52,528 bases of DNA, taken from positions 17,546,324-17,598,851 of the forward strand of contig NC_069000.1 in NCBI RefSeq assembly GCF_001194135.2, read 5' to 3'. Under the pieces are notes generated by a model, which worked only from the letters and a program-made list of their open reading frames with translations, searched no databases and was not told the DNA's origin. This stretch comes from Octopus bimaculoides. Its lineage: Eukaryota. Position 1 is the first letter of the stretch. Every line of letters starts with the position of its first letter. Positions 48,761 to 52,528 of the stretch are shown piece after piece. The position numbers and the translations under genes were made by a program.

Positions 48761-50261
48761 TTCTTTGTTCGGTTTGGTGTAATAACTGTGTGAGAAACTA
48801 AGAAACTATTCTGAAGGATCATGTCTAATTAGATTCTAAGCAGGGTCGATGTTTTCGTTTTTGTTTTTTAAGTGCTGCTTCATTTAGGACAGAGCGTGTG
48901 TGTGTGCGTGTGTGTGTACGTACGTACGTACCTATGTATGTATGTATGTATGTATGTATGTATGTATGTATGTACAATGACTGGTGACAGTTAAATGCTC
49001 TGCCCAGCTGTCTTCTCAGATCATTTATGATGTTAAAAAATATTTCATTTGACTCTTCATTTCGTATTGGGATTCTATATCAGATAATGTTTAATCCCTG
49101 TCTAACATACATCTATATATGTCAAACACCTACGCCTTTATATATGTATATATTTGAGTGTGTGTGAGTGTATTATATATATATATATATATATGGCTGT
49201 ATATACGTGCATACATCTATGCATTATGCAATGCCTAGTTATCGATATTTATGTATGCGCATGTAGGTATAATATTTATCTGTGTATATCTAAACCCACT
49301 TATCTATTTGTTCACACATACGCATATACACACATACACGCACATTCACTCATACACACGTAGTCACATACATGCACACTACAAGGAAGTTGTTTAATTG
49401 TTTATCATAATCACGGATCATATTATCAAACTGTTATCGCTATCGAAAGAAATCTGTCTATAAATTTTCATCTACAATGAATTAAATATCATCCGCTTAA
49501 GAGAAGCAAAATCTCAGAATATTTTTATCCTAATTTTCAAATAAACCTTGAATAAGTCCCAACACGTGCGCATTTTGTCTTCCGGTTACCACAACCACCA
49601 TCATCGTGCTCGCTGTTACAACAGACGACAGTCACGACAGAACTGTATTCACATTTTCAATAATTCTATACAGTCAACCTTTACCTCCATGTTCATCAAT
49701 TGTTATCGCCGCTACTACATCTACAACTATTACTACTTCTACTATATTTACCATTATCACTACTACCATTGTTACTAATGTATTTTGGATGACGAATACG
49801 AAGATGATGACAAGATAAAGGCGAGAGGTGCACTACCAATGAAGGTGTAGTATTTGTAAGGTTATGATGATTAAGGTTAAAGACAATTATGATGATGAAA
49901 TTCTTTGTATTGGCCATGAACGGCAGTAGTAGTTTGCTCATTTTTTCGGTGTGGGTTAAGGTATGTGTGTTCATACAAATATATATATATATATATATAT
50001 ATCATCATAAATATACAGGGATTAGCATTGAGTTGCTTCTCCNNNNNNNNNNCGATAGTGGTGTCAATTAGACGCAGAGGTCTCAGGTAATGCTGAGTAA
50101 GTGCTATGGATAGACCATAGTTAAGCTCCAGGTTCGATGATTATGCGAATAGGGGGTCCAACGTAGGCCATATATCAGTGTGTGAATATAAGGATCTACT
50201 TTTCGTAATGAGATATAAAAAACCAAGGCTGTGTATAATATAGAACATTTATAAATAGAAG

Positions 50262-50309
50262 ATCTTACAGCTGTTTCCAGGATATTTATTATACCCCTTC
50301 ATCGGAGAC
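50262..50309 (-). ncRNA. Mirror hammerhead-ribozyme-like motif on the minus strand
   Basis: The reverse complement reads GTCT-CCGATGA-AG-GGGTA(taataaa)TATCC-TG-GAAA-CAGCTG-TA/AGAT. Confidence 0.5.
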
Positions 50310-50474
50310 GGTGTGAGAGGATGATTAAGCAATGGTTAGTTTTATCTAAACTAACTATTGCTTAACCATCCTCTCACACCGTCTCCGATGAAGGGATATA
50401 ATAAATATCCTGGNNNNNNNNNNCAATGGTTAGTTTTATCTAAACTAACTATTGCTTAACCATCCTCTCACACC

Positions 50475-50522
50475 GTCTCCGATGAAGGGATATAATAAAT
50501 ATCCTGGAAACAGCTGTAAGAC
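50475..50522 (+). ncRNA. Minimal type I hammerhead-ribozyme-like motif (variant core)
   Basis: GTCT-CCGATGA-AG-GGATA(taataaa)TATCC-TG-GAAA-C(AGCT)G-TA/AGAC: helix I 4 bp, helix II 5-6 bp, palindromic helix III. U4 is replaced by C. Confidence 0.55.
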
Positions 50523-51166
50523 CTTCTATTTATAAATGTTCTATATTATACACAGCCTTGGTTCTTTTTATCTCATTACGAAAAGTAAATCCTTATATGT
50601 GTGTGTGTGTGTGTGTGTGTGTTAGAGAATGTTTTTTTCTTTCTTTCATTTTTTTTATAACTTTAGTCATCCCTGAGTTTCGTTCCAGTATTTTTACATC
50701 TCTAATACTCGTAAACCGGATGTGGTGTTTCTAGACTTCTAGTACAAAAGATCCCAAGCTATACTCTTTTATCAAGCCATGTTTGATGACTGTTAAATTA
50801 CAGTTCCATATTAGGAAGTTCCTGAGCACGAAACCACTCAGTAACATGAATTGGCTGTTATGAGATTAAAATTATAATATTCTATAAAAAATACATGCAG
50901 TTTATTACCGAATACACCCTGTTTTTACTGACTTATGAAAACTTATTAAACGTTCTTTATTCCTGAATTTGTGTGTATTTGCTTTCATCACTTCATTAAC
51001 GCATTCCATGAACGGTAATTCTAGTACTTACAAAATCTGCCGAACACATTTATTGTCTGTGACTATATAATGAAACTATTTACTATTTATAGCAGAGTCT
51101 GGTGCTAACCTGTCATGAAATGTGCATGTGGCCTCTTCGTTAAGTCACAGCATAATTATATTTATG

Positions 51167-51207
<41 letters not shown>

Positions 51208-52036
51208 GTTTATATGTGTGTGACGTGTGATGTAGCGTCGCTTATATAAATAACAGAGATTACGAAACAACTGTCTACAAATGGAATAAACGTCTATTCT
51301 CTCATTTCACTTCTCTTATCTGAACCATTGCGATTCCTGGATTCAGAACGACAGTGAAATTCCATCCTAGCCTTAACCACGGTCTTTCTCGATAGCTCCG
51401 CACCAGGCGGCGAGCTTACTGTGNNNNNNNNNNNNNNNNNNNNNNNNNNNNNNNNNNNNNNNNNNNNNNNNNNNNNNNNNNNNNNNNNNNNNNNNNNNNN
51501 NNNNNNNNNNNNNNNNNNNNNNNNNNNNNNNNNNNNNNNNNNNNNNNNNNNNNNNNNNNNNNNNNNNNNNNNNNNNNNNNNNNNNNNNNNNNNNNNNNNN
51601 NNNNNNNNNNNNNNNNNNNNNNNNNNNNNNNNNNNNNNNNNNNNNNNNNNNNNNNNNNNNNNNNNNNNNNNNNNNGTGTGTGTGTGTGTGTGTGTATGAA
51701 TGTGTGTATGTATTCCTATCATTTTATAGTTAGATACATACATACATACATACATACATACATACATACATACATACATACATACACAACCACGCATACA
51801 TGCTCACTCGCACACACATGCATATTTATATGACCAGATAATCTACAAGAAACCAATATGTTAGCGTTTGATATTTCATTTTTATTTTAGAAAATTATAA
51901 ATTTATATATAAAAATCAATTAATTTATATTATCTTTTAAAATATCTGCAAATTATTTTACATAAATAACGATTTATCTAACTAATAAAGAATCCGTTTA
52001 TTTTCTGAAAGTCTTGCTATCAACATGTAACTCAAC

Positions 52037-52205
52037 AGATGTCCGAGTTATTCTTCAGCTGATAAAGTATGATAAAGTATGCTGTTGAACATAGTATCAG
52101 AGAAGTGACGAGACACTTTGGTGTGAATGGATGTAACATCAAATTATAGAGGCGAGTTCAAATTAAACTTGAAATGTGCCAAAATTCAAACGAGCCCAAA
52201 GAGGG
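52037..52205 (+). mobile_element. Decayed pogo/Tigger-like transposase N-terminal HTH (Brinker-type DBD)
   Basis: SYSSADK..IKYAVEHSIREVTRHFGVNGCNIKL*RR resembles RRSYxxxFKLxVIxYAxxHGNRxAxRxFGVxExNVRxWR. Confidence 0.6.
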
Positions 52206-52304
52206 TGTTATGTCTCAAGCTACTGCTATCTAGCACCTTCGGATGATCTTTACTCAACCGCTACACAACTGCTACTCGACTGCTACTCAACTGCTACTCA
52301 ACAC

Positions 52305-52528
52305 TACCACAGGGTCCATAAATTAAGTACCAGTTGCATACTGGGGTCGATCTAATCGATGGCTCCCTAACCCAAAACTTTCGGCCCTTGTGCCTAGAGT
52401 AGAAAAAAAACCTGGCAGAATCGTAAGCACGACGGGCAAAATGTTTTGCGGCATTTCGCCCGTCGCTACGTTCCGAGTTCAAATTCCGCCGAGGTTGACT
52501 TTGCCTTTCATCACTTCGGGGTCGATAA
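52305..52528 (+). mobile_element. Two tandem SINE family B segments (3' half followed by a new head)
   Basis: aagtaccagttgcatactggggtcgat..ggcccttgtgcc, then ctggcagaatcgtaagcacg..gagttcaaattccgccgagg. Confidence 0.8.

Larger units (their letters stand above)
50186..50598. mobile_element. Penelope-like-element-derived long palindrome (about 160-bp arms, 5-nt loop at 50343-50347); 50424-50507 is a gap-flank duplicate of 50330-50413
   Basis: Left arm atataaggatctacttttcgtaatg...ggttagttt is the near-perfect reverse complement of aaactaac...cgaaaagtaaatccttatat. The arms carry the cgatgaag...gaaacagctgtaag motif typical of PLE pseudo-LTRs. Confidence 0.75.

Overview
AT-rich, microsatellite- and SINE-dense, gap-riddled animal genomic DNA. 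The repeat families look like those of an Octopus draft assembly (inference from repeat motifs, not verified by search). The only protein-coding gene I can recognise is porphobilinogen deaminase / hydroxymethylbilane synthase (HMBS) on the + strand. Eight exons (8706-8839, 10550-10627, 11067-11142, 12263-12376, 12898-13056, 13750-13803, 15426-15527, 15679-15864) splice in frame to 300 aa plus stop; the N-terminal exons are not visible in the sequenced bases. One HMBS intron (11143-12262) is a clear U12-type (minor spliceosome) GT-AG intron, and a second (13057-13749) has a U12-like donor. From about 17 kb onward the window is intergenic and full of transposon relics: RTE LINEs, a CRE-like RLE retrotransposon, Tc1, mariner, pogo, a Helitron helicase, an intact hAT MITE and a mariner-derived fold-back element. 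It also holds a Penelope-like palindrome with a hammerhead-ribozyme-like motif on each strand. There are weak signs of an unidentified spliced minus-strand transcript starting near 38.2 kb. Most long ORFs in the supplied track are artefacts of N gaps or microsatellites. SINE and TE-relic boundaries are approximate; exon, TIR and TSD coordinates were counted from the sequence.
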